Source: Eledone cirrhosa (Eukaryota). From it: a stretch of 64,000 bases of DNA. The notes below the pieces were generated by a model. It ran no database searches. It was not told where the DNA came from and saw only the letters and a list, made by a program, of their open reading frames with translations. This document shows, in pieces, positions 1 through 14,379 of this stretch (position 1 is its first letter; the number at the start of each line of letters is the position of its first letter). The stretch spans positions 271,126,001-271,190,000 of the forward strand of contig OZ024740.1 of the NCBI GenBank assembly GCA_964016885.1, given 5' to 3'. A program made the translations under genes and the position numbers.

Positions 1-86
1 TTAGTTCGACACATCGTTACAGACGCGAACCTAAGCATCGAGTGCTCACCTTGGTGAACCTACAGTAACTTCATGTTACACTCCCT

Positions 87-132
<46 letters not shown>

Positions 133-340
133 CGAAGGAAGTGTGGTAAGGAACCAGGTGGACCATAACGCACCAGAGTACTCGATACTTTGGGTAGTAG
201 AGTGGGTAGTAGAGTGGGTAATAGGAAAATAGTCAGAACCCCGACGGCAGAGCTCAAGCCGTTTCGACAGCTATTTCTGGACTCAGAGATAGCTGTCGAA
301 ACGGCTTGAGCTCAACCAACGGCTTGGTTGTGACTCTTTT

Positions 341-382
<42 letters not shown>

Positions 383-788
383 ACAGTACGTCCTCATCAG
401 GCAAAATATAATGATACATGACATACCCTGAGATGTTAAATGGTTAAGATTTAATCAAGGTAGTGACTACTGTAGAGTGCTTCCAATCTACTGTAAAACT
501 CATTCTTTGATGTACTCATTGAATCTTGTTTAACTCTTTAATATATATCAAATATCACATCGAAGCTGAAGCTGTAATAGAGCAGTCACCAGTAGAATTA
601 TTTTAGGCAGACCCTAAGCATTCAATGATGCGAGAAATGAATAAATGTCTTCATCAGAATGAACACATTAAGTTATATGGGGGAAATGAAACGCAATGAA
701 TAATATATAGACCAGGTGTATATAGGCTTAATATGTAATAACAATGACGAATACAGAAAGGGAAAAGAATTACTCATATATTTATATA

Positions 789-891
789 CAGGGTGTCCCA
801 AAAGAATGTATACACACTTCAACAGTATTCTAATAAATATTGCCTGTACAGGTAATCAAAGTGTGTATATAGTTTTGGGGGACACACCCTG
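789..891. mobile_element. Tc1/mariner-like MITE (related copy 52464-52686)
   Basis: TA-CAGGGTGTCCCAAAA...TTTTGGGGGACACACCCTG. Confidence 0.7.
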
Positions 892-894
892 AAC

Positions 895-938
<44 letters not shown>

Positions 939-1012
939 GTTCAGGGTGTGTGTCCCAAAACTATATACACACTTTGATTACCTGTACAGGCAATATTTAT
1001 GTGTGTGTGTGC

Positions 1013-1095
<83 letters not shown>

Positions 1096-1221
1096 CATAC
1101 AAGAGGTATTCCAAACTTTTTCAGCCTGACTGATATTGTGCTGCAGTCATGTCGTTAAGTATGATGATTTCAAACGATTGAAACAGTCCTAGTCTCGTAG
1201 AAGTCATTTCTATATGATATA

Positions 1222-1257
<36 letters not shown>

Positions 1258-1274
1258 GGTATGTATGTATGTAT

Positions 1275-1821
1275 GTACAACCTGTCTCATGGTCGGGTCG
1301 TTGGCGACTAAACTGGCAACCCCACCAAGGTTTCTTGGTGAGGAGGGTGACTTTGGACATCCTGCAGGACTAAAAACAAAACCTGCCAAAGGGCAAAGGA
1401 GCTCTTAAGAGTCAATGGCCATCCAAAATCACCAGGAGAGATGACCCCTTAGCCTTTGTCAAGGCAGAATTCTAGGAGAAGGAAAACTCTGATATAACAC
1501 CTGCAACCCTGATGGTATCCAATGATGTTGACTTGTTCTTCTTTTTGGTAAATATCATCTTGGTTAAGAGAGTGGGACTGGCTTTGTGCAGTGCCTTTGC
1601 TCACTATAAAAGCTTCACGGCACAGGCATTGCTTTATATCTGGAGATCTCTCTGCACTTGTCGTCACATGGTACCATGGGCCCAGCACTATGTGTAGTGT
1701 TTGTACCAGAGTTTTCAAGTCGCTGGACTAAAAAGTCACACTCGTTCAGCGCATCGGTAAGGGTTCTGCTACATGGATATAAAGTAGTGGCCATACTCGA
1801 AAACGAGTCGGCAGCCACCAT
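1275..1821 (+). mobile_element. Non-autonomous RTE-derived element, copy 1
   Basis: Reverse complement of 17552-18128 and 48741-49347; CTAGGAGAAGGAAAACTCTGA motif recalled from RTE 5' UTRs; (ATGT)n on both sides. Confidence 0.75.
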
Positions 1822-2005
1822 GTATGTATGTATGTGTGTTATATTAAGAGAAATTAATCAATATTGAGTGAATATGAAATAGATGTGAGCTGTCATGGGT
1901 TAGTATCTATAATCAAATGCCTTAAAGAATGATTTTCCGAACAATTTCCGCCTTTCATTTTCTAATTTTAGTCTCTCTCCCTCATTTTTTTTTTTTTTTT
2001 TGCAG

Positions 2006-2029
2006 TGGCTCCACAAGAGAAGAACGTTA
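2006..2029 (+). CDS. 24-nt linker microexon (xAPQEKNV)
   Basis: T-rich tract + TGCAG acceptor, GTAAGT donor, phase 1-1, in frame with the vWA exon. Confidence 0.75.
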
Positions 2030-2070
2030 GTAAGTATAAATCTAAATCAGCTTCGATCTTGTTGTCTCTG

Positions 2071-2465
2071 AATAATGGTTTCTGATGTAGGCACAAGGCC
2101 AAAAATTTGTGGGGAGGGAAAAGTCAATTAAATCGATCCCAGTGTATTACTGGAACTTTATTTTATCGACCCCGTAGTGATGAAAGGCAAAGCTAAACTC
2201 GGTGGAATTTGAACTCAGAATGTAAAGGGACGTAACTATATACCGTAAAGCATGTTGTCCGACGCTCTACTAATACTGCCAATCCACCGTCTTTGAGTCT
2301 AAATAATGGTTTCTGATTTAGGCACAAGGCCAACAATTTGGGGTAAAAGGAAAGTCGATTAAATTGACCCCAGTATGTTATGACGAAAATGGAAGTACAA
2401 GAACATATAACTATATGCCGCAAAGCATGACATCCGACGCTCTACCGATACTGCCAATCCACCAC
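2071..2465 (-). mobile_element. Two tandem main-family SINEs
   Basis: AGGCACAAGGCC...TTTGAACTCAG...TACTGCCAATCCACC occurs twice. Confidence 0.85.
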
Positions 2466-3149
2466 GCTGGTCTCTGAATAATGCAATAACAGAGTAAACA
2501 AGGTAGCTCAACAATGTCTATATGACGTCATATTTAAGTTCAGCCTAAACAGTATAGTGCCTGTTTGCCTATTTGTAATGTCTTTAAAAAGAGGATTATT
2601 TTAATCTTTAAAGAATTCTTAGCATCATGAGGATTATCCCTCATTACATTTGCCTTAATCTCTACTAAAGCATGCTTCATTACAATTACTGTAGTCTATA
2701 TTGGACTATAGGCAGCGAATTGGCAAAGTCTTTAGAACGTCGGGTAGAATTATTTGCAGTATTCGTTCCGACTTTCTGCTCTCTGAGTTCAAATCCCGCG
2801 GAGGTCAACTATGCCTTTCATCCATTTAAGGTCGATAAAAAAAATACCAGTCTAGTACTGGGGTCGATTCTTCCTCTATATCTCTTTCTCACATCCTTTC
2901 TCTCACTCTCTATCCTGCTATATTCAGACCAGGAGAGGAGATGGGCTCCGCCAGGCTTAAAATGCCCTTGAAACGCTGATGTCATCAATATGGCGCATCT
3001 AAGACTCCCCCCGGGAGTTACGGATCCATATATACATATTGGACTGTTTCCAACATTAAATAGTCTTTGAGGGAAAGTAGTAAATGACCATGTAAAGTCA
3101 ATATAACCACCAGAAAATGTATAAATAACACCATAATACATTGACAGTC

Positions 3150-3201
3150 GGCTTTCCTGATGACTTCCTTCGAATGAAACAGTTCTAGTCCTGTAGAAGC
3201 C
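3150..3201 (+). ncRNA. Type I hammerhead ribozyme motif
   Basis: GGCTTTC-CTGATGA-cttccttcgaat-GAAA-CAG ttctagtc CTG-TA-GAAGCC. Confidence 0.7.
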
Positions 3202-4728
3202 ATTTCTATATTAAATATTTATACTCTGTTGTGTATTGAGTACCTTACTTACTGTGGTTAGCCCCGATTGAACCCGGGATACACTTATATATATATATGT
3301 GTGTGTATGTGTGTGAATGTGTGTGTGTAGCTGAATTTTATGTTAGTTATTGTTTATTGACAAGTAGTAGATGATATTGTGTCGGTGGTCGTAGCACTTA
3401 AATTTCAATAGACAACTAATTCTAAGTTTACGAGGAGGGGAAAGTCAATTAAATCGACCAGTGCGTTACTGGTACTTTATTTTATCAACCCCGTAAGGAT
3501 GAAAGGCAAAGCTAACTCAATCAAGTGCATTTCAGTTATAAAAATTAAAAACCTTGTCTAATGTATTTTTTAAGGTGATAGGTTACCTTGTTGAATTGTA
3601 CCTAGTACTAAAGAAACAATCTGAGTGGTATAATTTACTGCGATTTAATTTACTGCTTTACGGCATATAGTTACGTCCCTTTACGTTTTGAGTTCAAATT
3701 CCACCGAGTTTAGCTTTGCCTTTCATCAAATAAAGTACCAGTAATGTACTGAGATCGATTTAATCGACTTTTCCCTCCCCATAAACAGTAGCCACAGCCA
3801 CAGCAGTAACAGTAAAACTCTCCTATTGATGAATAATTGATCGAGTTGCAGTACTGAATTAAGTTTAACTACTGCAGCAAAATTATCTTTAATAGAAAAA
3901 GAATCATCCTCTACAGTGGGAGATTTAACTAATCTCTTAATGGTACAGACATCGGAAAAAGAGAGGTCATGTTTTTAATAAAAATTTGATAATACTCATG
4001 AAGTAAAAAAGCCATCTGCAAACTACGTATTTTCGTTTCCGATTGCGTTTTGTATTCATTTTACCGATGTATTCATTTTATCATTGTCTCCGATGTTACA
4101 GAACTATAAAACCAGCGGTTTTATTTCATTAAAACAAACAAATGTTTAGTGATAACAAAAATAAAAGAATTCCAAACCGTTGTAAGTACCGTGCAGGAAG
4201 TTTTATGTAAAAAGTTTAGTATAGAGCAAATTAAGTAAATTATAGTTTAGATGACTGGCATTCGATCTTCCTGCAGAAGATCTAATGTCTAGCTTTGTCT
4301 TCATTTAAAGTATAGTTACGTTCTGATCTAGGCACAAGTAGCTTCACTTGAGTTTGTATTGTATGCATATATGTTATTATGGGTGACTTCCATAATTATT
4401 CCAAATATATTTACACATAAAATAATTCTGTGTATACGAACATTCTGTCTGAGAGATAGAATAAACCTGATAGACAGATAGATAGATTGATTGATAGATA
4501 GATATCTTTCTTTATTTGCCACAAGGGCGTACAAGAAATGGCACATTACAAGACATGACGGTGGGGTTTTACATAAAAATCATATAACTTTAACATTATT
4601 AAATAAAAATAAACTATATATAAAATAAAATAACAATCAAAATCCCCAATAGGGTGGAACCTTACTGCGTGGTTGTTTTACACCCGGTGGATAGAACAAC
4701 TCTCAACACCAGGAGCACGTTTTGCTAC

Positions 4729-4788
<60 letters not shown>

Positions 4789-4929
4789 GCAGGTAGGTGG
4801 GTAGAAATAACTTTTTAACTAGGGTCTATCTTCCTAAGTTTTCGACGTCTGAATTAGTTATACATTCCAGAGGTATTTTCACAGAATATATTCGTAAGCT
4901 AAATAAATGTCTCTCCTTTTCATATGCAG

Positions 4930-5200
4930 CCTGTACTTCAGCAGCCGACATTGCTTTTGTTTTGGATTCTTCTGGAAGTGTTGGGACTAACCATTTCCAT
5001 GTCATGCTGACCTTTTTGAATGATATTGTTGACCAAATGGAAATCGGACCACAACATATTCAAGTTGCAGTTATGCGTTACAACAGCCGGAATTACTTGG
5101 AATTTAACCTAAACAAACATACTAACAAGAAGTCTTTACAAAATGCTATTCAGAATATTAACTACACACCTGGTAATACCGCTACTGGATCTGCTATCAG
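4930..5200 (+). CDS. vWA domain exon 1
   Basis: CTSAADIAFVLDSSGSVG (MIDAS DxSxS) ... GNTATGSAI; ATGCAG acceptor, GTTAGT donor, phase 1-2. Confidence 0.93.
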
Positions 5201-5567
5201 GTTAGTTCAAAACACTTAAAAGGGATATATGTGTGTGTGTGCGTGTGGGTGTGGGGAGAGAGAGAGAGAGAGGGGGTGGGGGTGAGTGAAAGAGAGAGAT
5301 ATGCAGATATGGCCGTATAGTTTGGGAGTTCGCATGGCAACATTGTGGTATCGAATTCAGACACACAGCATAGCCTCTTGAGCAAGTGAGATTTGGTAGA
5401 AGACAACCTGTAAAGATAAGGATATCTCATTGTACTTGAACCTATTAACTTCCTTGTTACTATAGTAACATAGTTGACTTCAGGCAAAATCAGGATGGCT
5501 GAACCTTATGTATAATATATTTTGGCTCTGTACTTAACATGGAGTGTTTTCCTTTATCTGTTCAAAC

Positions 5568-5985
5568 CTTCTTCTTCTTCTTCTTCTTCTTCTTCTTCTT
5601 CCATTTACTCCTGAGAAGTTTGTTGGGGCAGGGTCCTCAAACACTCCTTCCAGCAGGTCCTGTCAGAAGCAACCACCTGCAACTGATCCGGCTGGATCCC
5701 CAAGCGTGACCAGGCAAGCTCATGAATGATATCCAACCATCTTGCTCGGGGTCTACCCCTGGGTCTCCTGCTGGTTGCTGCTTATGTCCGTAAAATATGT
5801 AAAACGATTCTTTACTGAGACATTCTAACCAGATACCTATAGTATTGGGACTGCGATATCTCAATTCGGAGAAGAAGCGGCTCTACCTGGAGTGACTCTC
5901 TGATCTCCGAGCTACGGACTCTATCGAGTAACATTAATCCAAAGACCCATTTCAGCCGCTTGTATTCGGAAACCCTCGACGCTAT
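5568..5985 (-). mobile_element. 3' fragment of an RTE/Expander-like LINE with (GAA)n tail
   Basis: LDRVRSSEIRESLQVEPLLLRIE, then RRPRGRPRTRWLD in another frame; (CTT)n at 5568-5600. Confidence 0.8.
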
Positions 5986-6566
5986 ATATATATAAGACCT
6001 ATGGATGTTGGGATAGATTAGTTGGATGGAATTTGCAAAATCAAGATTACAATCCATGATCGCTTCTCAGCTTCTTCACACCATTCTATCTTCTATATTT
6101 CTCTACATACACAGCAAAGAGTTATGCATCAGCTAAGATGGAGATATATAAATTAAAATAGACATTTTTCAGGGTTCACAATCATAACCCATTCCCCAAT
6201 TACATATTCATTGAGCTCCGTTAAATAATGTTGTGTTGGTTACGCAAATGAGATGCAATGACCGTTCACCATCAGATATATTCATCTTAATTTATAGATT
6301 TCCATTTTAACTGATGTAGAGCACGTTTCTGTATATGTCGAAAGATAAACTGATGCGATCAAGTAGCGTTTCATTCCATGAGAAAATGCTGTGGATTGGA
6401 GTTGGATTTATTGCAAATCCCATTCAACTAATCAAATAGTTATAATTTTATTTCCGAAATAGTATATATTTGCATGCTTTCACATCGTCACTCATAGGAT
6501 ATGAGGAATCTCATGGCCTCGTGGGAATCTCATTTCGGAAGATTACTTTAATGACTATAAGCCTTA

Positions 6567-6606
<40 letters not shown>

Positions 6607-6697
6607 GCTTTTTGTGTAGCAATTTGGGGATACATATGTAAATATATTTGTGTATGTATCTGTATTTGTATGTGTTAGTGTGTGTGTTAGTGTGTGT

Positions 6698-6849
<152 letters not shown>

Positions 6850-7367
6850 GTGTGCGTGTGTGTATGTGTGCTCGCATGTTTGTGCGTTTGTGTATTATAG
6901 TGAAGACATGACGAAGTTCGTATCTTGTTTATATTAATGACTTTTTATATTTTTTTATTAGTCTGTAATGTTTAGTTTAGAACACTAACGATTCTAAGTC
7001 TCTTAGTCGTTAAAGAGATTCTGCCCCGCATCTTCTGAATACAATGGCGATAATTACACGATGTTTTCGTGGATATTTTATTTTTGTAGTAGGCAGCAAA
7101 TGATAATAGGAATTAGGTTGTAACTACAAACATCAGTGTCGCTGGATAAAGAATTACTTAATGGTTTAATCCAAGTTGTTTTCAATGTTTATTTTTCGTG
7201 TTCTGTATCTGTGTTGAATTTTTTATTTGCATTTTGCTATTTTTTATTTGCATTTTGCTATTAATAAAACTTTTATAGTGGAATTCTGTATACGATAATA
7301 GTGTTATCAACTAATATTTTCTCTATCCAGTGTATTTTCGTGTTTGTTTATAACGTGATGTAATAGT

Positions 7368-7400
<33 letters not shown>

Positions 7401-7453
7401 ATACTTCTACTTCATTGTTAAATATATATATATATGTGTGTGTGTTTTGTGAG

Positions 7454-7502
<49 letters not shown>

Positions 7503-7507
<5 letters not shown>

Positions 7508-7720
7508 AAAATTGAACGAGAACAAAACAGAGAGGCAGTACGAACAAAGGTTTATTAATTTCACGCTCTTGAGAGTGGGTGGTGGTGGGGAACGACGTTT
7601 CGGGCATAAGCCCTTCTTCGGGTGAAAAGTGTGTGGGAAGAGAGTTCAAAGGGTGTGTAGGGGAGTGGTGGAGAGACATATAGCAAAAAGGGGGTGAGAG
7701 GAAACGGTGCAAATGAAATT
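7503..7720 (-). mobile_element. Penelope-type pseudo-LTR remnant with degenerate hammerhead
   Basis: - strand CCGAAGAaGGGCttatGCCCGAAACGTCG at ~7590-7622; ends in (TA)n. Confidence 0.6.
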
Positions 7721-7991
7721 AAAAATAAAGGCATGATCAAAATAAAATTAAAATGGGGTAAAACAGGTGGTGGAAGGGTGTGGGGCGTGTAGGGGTGGTG
7801 GCGGGTGGAGTGGGGAGAGGGAGACGGGGTGTCCGAGCGGGGAGGACTGAAGGTGGTGTGTGTGTGTAGGTGTACGTGTGTGTGTGTGTGTGTGTATGTG
7901 AAAGCAAGGGTTGGGGGAAGAAAGGGGTTGCATGTTCAGGAAGAGGTGTGTGTGGGGTGGGGTGTAGGTCGGAGTGTTTGTGCGTGTGTGG

Positions 7992-8054
<63 letters not shown>

Positions 8055-8445
8055 TAGATATATATTGAAGCCTCCAGTAAAATACTGCAAACATGTTTTG
8101 TTGCCCACTATAATCCGCCCTAAGACGCAAAAAAACATTTGGTTTTTAACTGGACATTCCTATTGTGAGATATTGCAGACATTTTTATTAACTTTCTTAA
8201 CCAGGCCATTTTAAGAAGTCTTTCTCACATTCATTCACAAATCACTTTTCAGCATTTTTCATCTTGTTTATTTTATGTATTTTACCTCAATTATTTATTT
8301 ATCGTTCATCTAACTTAACTTACTTATTTTATTTAGCTTATCTGCTTTGTCTTTCAATGTTATTTTTATTGCAGTTTCTCTCTAGAGATCCATATTTTTC
8401 ATGCTTGTTTGTCTCTTCTTTCTTTTCTCGAATATTTTTCGCCAG

Positions 8446-8738
8446 TTTCATGCATTATCACATGTTCACACGAGCCAGTGGTTTCCGAAAAGGTGTACCA
8501 AAGATCGCCATAGTCCTCACCGATGGTATGTCCAATATTGGTTTGAACACTAATGTAGAAGCGGATGCTGCCAAAAAAGACAACATCACTATATTTGCTG
8601 TTGGAATTGGTGGAGCTGTAAATCAGGCAGAACTGAAGAGTATTGCATCAGATCCTGATTCTAATTTTGTCTTCAGTACGAAAGATTTCAAGAATTTGAA
8701 TAAAATAGTGGACGGCTTGGTGAAGACCACCTGTAAAG
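8446..8738 (+). CDS. vWA domain exon 2
   Basis: GFRKGVPKIAIVLTDGMSN...IFAVGIG...ELKSIASDP...TTCK; GCCAG acceptor, GTAAGC donor, phase 2-1. Confidence 0.93.
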
Positions 8739-11700
8739 GTAAGCATGCCACATTGTGCTTGAACCTATTAACTTCCTTGTTATTATAGTCTCACTGCTGA
8801 GTAAATCCTCTATATGCTGAAATCTTTGAAAGATTTAAGCTTCCTAACCTAACTATATTTCTGACCAACTATAACTGAACTATGACCTAGGAAACATAAA
8901 TACAGATCTGTACCGTAATCAATGAAATAATTATTATCATTAACTAATAGTTTTAATCCTACTTGATATGTAAAACCAGATTATAAAACAAATACTAAAT
9001 CTGTGGTCCTTTTAAGTTATTCTATAATCATGAGTTAATAATAATATTATAATATTATTAATATTCTGTTTGTTTGCAAGCAAACGGCCTCATTAACACC
9101 ATGTGTGTTTTCTAGATGACCAATGTCATCCTTGTGTTCAAGCGGTAGATGAGAGAAAATAATCGACAATTGTTTCGGAGTTGTTGCTCCTTGTATTCTT
9201 TTTTATTCTATAATCGTCATACCAAAATAAACATGATATAAAGACTTGTTTAGTTACTTCGAATCGATAATTCATATCGTACATACCTATGTTATTATTG
9301 GCTGGTTTTTATTGCCCACTCTTCTACATCGCTTAAGGAGCCACGGGTATCCAAGTTGGTAAGGGGCATGGTCAGTGAAGAATAAGAGTTGTGGCGCAGT
9401 TTCTAACCAATAGACTCGCCAACACAAGTCTAGTATTTATAGGAAATAATCATAGATGGCATGGCAGAATTTATATTATTAACCGTTAAAGGATGAAAAT
9501 AGTTGTTAACATTGGTACAACTGAGAACATTGAAATACTACATTAAATACATCAAAATAATAATCCCTACAAACTTGCTGACCCTTTCTCCTGATCCACA
9601 CAGTTTGTAGTTGATAGATATTAATTTAACTGTTTTATATTCGAAATTCGTTTTGTACGTTTGCTTTTTTTTTTTTTTTCTCCTATGTGGCCATTTCACA
9701 TTACTTTGCTCATAATGGCAAATAATTTACAGAACAAATTCTGCATCCTCCGTTATGTCATTTATATGAAAATACCTTTTTCTTTTTCTTTTCTTTCCAA
9801 GAAATCCCGATTGACAGCAAACCATTTGGTAAGTCAAACTATCAGTAATCATTTTGTCTTTTTGCTACGTAAACAACCAAATATTGTCAATGAGACTTTA
9901 GCCAACGAAGTGTAACATTATTCTGATTAAATGTCATGGAAGTATCGTGAAATCTTCAAATCTAAAATATAAATTATCTACCCATTTGAGAAACAAAGCA
10001 TTTCATTTACTTTGTAAGAATCCTTGCAATTTACAATTAGCAATCTGACAAACGATCTATAGTATTGGAAACAGTAACTAGAAGTCATATTCAAGAATAA
10101 TGTCGATAGAGAAAAGTAATTAATTTTCCTTGTTTATTTTCTACTATCTTCATATGCACAACTGGAAATAACAACACACTTTAAAGATATCCTCCATGTT
10201 GCATAATAAAATGATTGCACGTATCATGATACATCAAATATAATTCCTGTTCTGACAAATGTTGATAACTCTAATCAAGAAAAGCTTTCATCGTAAAGCA
10301 TGTTCCATAATTACACATGCATGTCTGATGTAATTTTTACTTCAGTTCTCCCAGTTTATTATAATTATTACATCAAACTATTAAGAAGTTAAAATTACAA
10401 TAAAAGCTCCGTGTCTTTTGTTATACAATCCAATATTTGTTTGCAACTATGTGGCATTTTCTGTTTTACAAATATATCCTGCCTAATACATTTCCAACTT
10501 TTTTAGGCGGCCTTTATTTTATTTTGTTATCTATTATACATAAACATATTATGTCATCTATATTTTATAAACATAAGTTATACAATGATGGTGATATTTA
10601 AAAAGTATAAACAAAATTAAGTAAGGAAATACCAAGAGAGAGGGGGAAAGAAGGGCAGATTTGGTTGTATAGGACAGTATAAGAAAGGAGTGTAAATGCC
10701 ATGAATGCGAAGAAAAGAAGGGAAAGAGCAAGGACTATTAGGCAACGAGGGAAACGAGGGGGAAGAAGAGAGGGTGACTCTTTGCCTACTGATCTGCAGC
10801 ATTATCCAGTAACTTCTAAATTATATATAGGTGACCAATAAAATATCTAGGAACATATTTTTGATTTTAAACCTCACATTTAATATCTAATGTGAACGAA
10901 GTCTTTTGGGAGTATTTTTTATTGCAACAACGATTTGTTGTAAGTGTATTTTTAATCAATTTTTTCAAACTTTTGGAGGGTGACATTGGTAGCATTTTAA
11001 ACATGCGCTTGTTAAGGTTTCGGAAATGTTATTTAGTTTTAAGAGCACTTTGATTCAAACCTTATTTTAATCAAGCCTAATGCATTTTCTATTAGGATTA
11101 ATAAAATAACTGCGTGACCAGTGGTGAATGAGGAAGGAGCTTTCATTAGGTCGTGTTTACAATCAAATTTTAATTTTCTGACAATGACAATGTTCTTGTA
11201 AAAGGTTTGTATGTCACATAATGGCATACCACAGAAGGGAAAGGCAAGGGCTCTAATTTCACAGAAGAATTGGGAGGAGGAGGGGGGTGACTCTGGGCCT
11301 AGAGCGCGGTGGTATTGAGGCTGCACCCCATGGACAAGACTGCAAAAACATTCCCACGGAAAATGGACTGCCACATCCGCTGCCACAGCCACCCCACCTC
11401 GTGGCACTCCTTCCTCAGACGGGGCGCTGACGTTCTTGCGAAGAAGCTCGGCAGTACGGGGTCCAATTACGATTGAGGTAAATAAGAATCTACGAAATAA
11501 GAAGCTACGAAAGAATAGAGTTCAGTACTGTAGATGGCGTTTTAAAGCAGTAAAACCTATTTTTAATTCTTGTTAGAGGCAATTTTCTTTCCTTTACACC
11601 GATACAGCTCTTCTGATTGAATAAACATTAAACCTTTATATTCACACAAACTCCTTCTTATTTGTTAAGGTATGAAATAATTCGTGTAAAAATCAAGCAA

Positions 11701-11888
11701 AATTAATTATATTGTTATCTAGAATATTACCACAATAATCACTACTACCAGATTCATGTTCACGTAGATTTCGAAATGTTCAAACGATATTTTTGTCTTC
11801 ATTCTTAAAATCTATTCCAAAACCTAAACGTTCTGTTATATATATATTAGTCGCTTTTTAATCACTTTTGTTTCGTGTTATTATACAG

Positions 11889-11996
11889 TATGTAGAGACA
11901 AGATTGCCTCATGCGCAGCATTTGGTATGAAAATATGTGATGGTTACCAGCATTGGTCACGTGATTTCTGTCCAAAGTATTGTGGAGTATGCTTTG
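11889..11996 (+). CDS. ShK domain exon
   Basis: VCRDKIASCAAFGMKICDGYQHWSRDFCPKYCGVCF, six-Cys ShK pattern ending CxxxCxxC; ACAG/GTAAGT, phase 1-1. Confidence 0.92.
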
Positions 11997-12061
11997 GTAA
12001 GTAGAATAAAGTTATTCTTTTATTTCATTTTTCACTATAATTCTATATATTTACTGAAATT

Positions 12062-12264
12062 ATTGGTTTCTTATATAGGCACAAGGCCAGTGATTTGAGG
12101 GGAGGAGAAAGTCGATTAAATCGACCCCAGTGCGTGACTGGTACTTTATTATATCGAAGGCAAAGTTAACCTCGGCGGGATTTGAACTCAGATCATAAAG
12201 GGCCGTAACTCTTTGCTGGAAAGCATGGCGTCCGACTCTACCGATACTGCCAATCCACCGCCCT
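12062..12264 (-). mobile_element. Main-family SINE
   Basis: Full consensus; flanking direct repeat TATATTTACTGAAATTATTG. Confidence 0.88.
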
Positions 12265-12655
12265 AATATATTTACTGAAATTATTGATTTTCGTACGATA
12301 TGTGTGTGTGTGTATCAGTGTTTCTGTGTGTGCGAGTGTGTGTCTGTGTGAGTGTGTGTGTGTGTGTGTGTGTGTATCAATGTATACGTGTAGTAAACAA
12401 TTTATTATGGAAATTGTGTTTGAGTATGTAAACATAAGAAACAGTACTGTTCAGGCAGTGTAATATTTTCCTTCGCGCCGTCTACTTTGTGTTTGGTGTT
12501 TTGGGCTCACTCGTTTGTGAAGCTAAATGCATATATACATGTGTATGTGTTAATCCCGGGTTCAATCGGGGGTAACCACAGTAAGTAAGGTACACAATAC
12601 ATAGCAGAGTATAAATATTTAAGCTTCTACAGGACTAGAACTGTTTCATTCGGAG

Positions 12656-12707
12656 GGCTTTCCTGATGATTTCCTGCGAATGAAACAGTTCTAGTCCTGT
12701 AGAAGCC
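12656..12707 (+). ncRNA. Type I hammerhead motif (same family as 3150), preceded by an inverted partial copy
   Basis: GGCTTTC-CTGATGA-tttcctgcgaat-GAAA-CAG..CTG-TA-GAAGCC; 12545-12652 is the reverse complement of the element's 3' part. Confidence 0.7.
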
Positions 12708-12710
12708 ATT

Positions 12711-12761
<51 letters not shown>

Positions 12762-12843
12762 AAAGGAGAGAGAAATAGGACGACGGTAAACAGTTACAAA
12801 AGAATTTAATCCACGTATTAACAATTGTTATATATATATATAC

Positions 12844-13021
<178 letters not shown>

Positions 13022-13160
13022 TAAAATAACAGATTAAAGTTTAAGCAAAGAATCTGTTATTTTAATAAATATTTGCTCTTCGGTTCTTATATATTTGATA
13101 TATATTTTCCTTATCGAGCCCTCTTTGGATTTCAGTCTTCAATTTTATTATTATTACTAT

Positions 13161-13247
<87 letters not shown>

Positions 13248-13259
13248 TAATGTATATAT

Positions 13260-13327
<68 letters not shown>

Positions 13328-13466
13328 CCAAATGTTAATAAGGTTAATTGATTACTCAATGAATATACTTTTACAATAGATTCAAAGCAACAAAGAAATT
13401 TTCTGGAGTTATTAATATTATTCAAAATATTAATAAATGAAGACGTTCACATAATCAAAATATATG

Positions 13467-13528
13467 TTTTATTATATATATTTCGGAGGTACTGTGGTGT
13501 TTTTTCAGTACGTCCTCATCAGATAAAA
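13467..13528 (-). ncRNA. Minimal type I hammerhead ribozyme
   Basis: TTTTAT-CTGATGA-GGAcGTACTG..CAGTACcTCC-GAAA-TATATA-TA-ATAAAA. Confidence 0.8.
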
Positions 13529-13785
13529 TACATAAATTGATGTACGACATACCCTAACTGTCTTGATGGTTTAATTCCAGTCTTGGCAGTGATTTATTAC
13601 AACAAAACTCTATGTTTATATACCACAAGAAGCAATAACATGACAAACTAAATATGATGAAGAGAGGGATATGGAGCGAGATATAAGTATCAAGAGTGGT
13701 GGGTGGGTATGAGAAAATATAGAAGAAATAAATAAACACATAAGTACATAAATGTTAAAATATTTAAATATCCATGTTATAGAAG

Positions 13786-13870
<85 letters not shown>

Positions 13871-13899
13871 GAGAGAGAGAGAGAGGGGAAAGAAAAAAA

Positions 13900-13938
<39 letters not shown>

Positions 13939-14002
13939 CATTCAGTTAATTTAAATCTGCCTTAAAGTACCTAAATATTTTCATTTTTTTGTTTTTCCAC
14001 AG

Positions 14003-14125
14003 ATGCTCCAAATTGTATCGATGAAGCTCCTGCTTGTACAAAACTTGGAACCGAAAACTGCAACGAATTCCCTGCTTGGTCTCGTGAAAACTGTGCTCGT
14101 TTCTGTGGACATTGTGGAGTAGGAG
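14003..14125 (+). CDS. ShK domain exon
   Basis: DAPNCIDEAPACTKLGTENCNEFPAWSRENCARFCGHCGVG; strong acceptor; donor GTTATT chosen because it gives phase 1. Confidence 0.88.
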
Positions 14126-14379
14126 GTTATTATTAATATTGCTAACTTTGATATTGTGAGAGTCCCAAATGCAGAAAATAACTGTAAAAATTGTCGACCG
14201 CTATAGATAATAGTTGAGAAAATTCCACTTTTATAAAAATACAACAGAGAAGCGAACTTTTAACCATGTTGACATAGTTGGAGTCCTTTATAGATCGGTT
14301 TATCTACAAAAAATAGCAGCTAAATTTCGATCACGCACACGCATAAACATATCTATACACACACACACGATAGCAATTA

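Noticed and set aside
131-342. Complete hammerhead in this fold-back family
   Set aside because: Only the GAAA-stem III half is present; the CUGANGA side is lost at the inversion junction.
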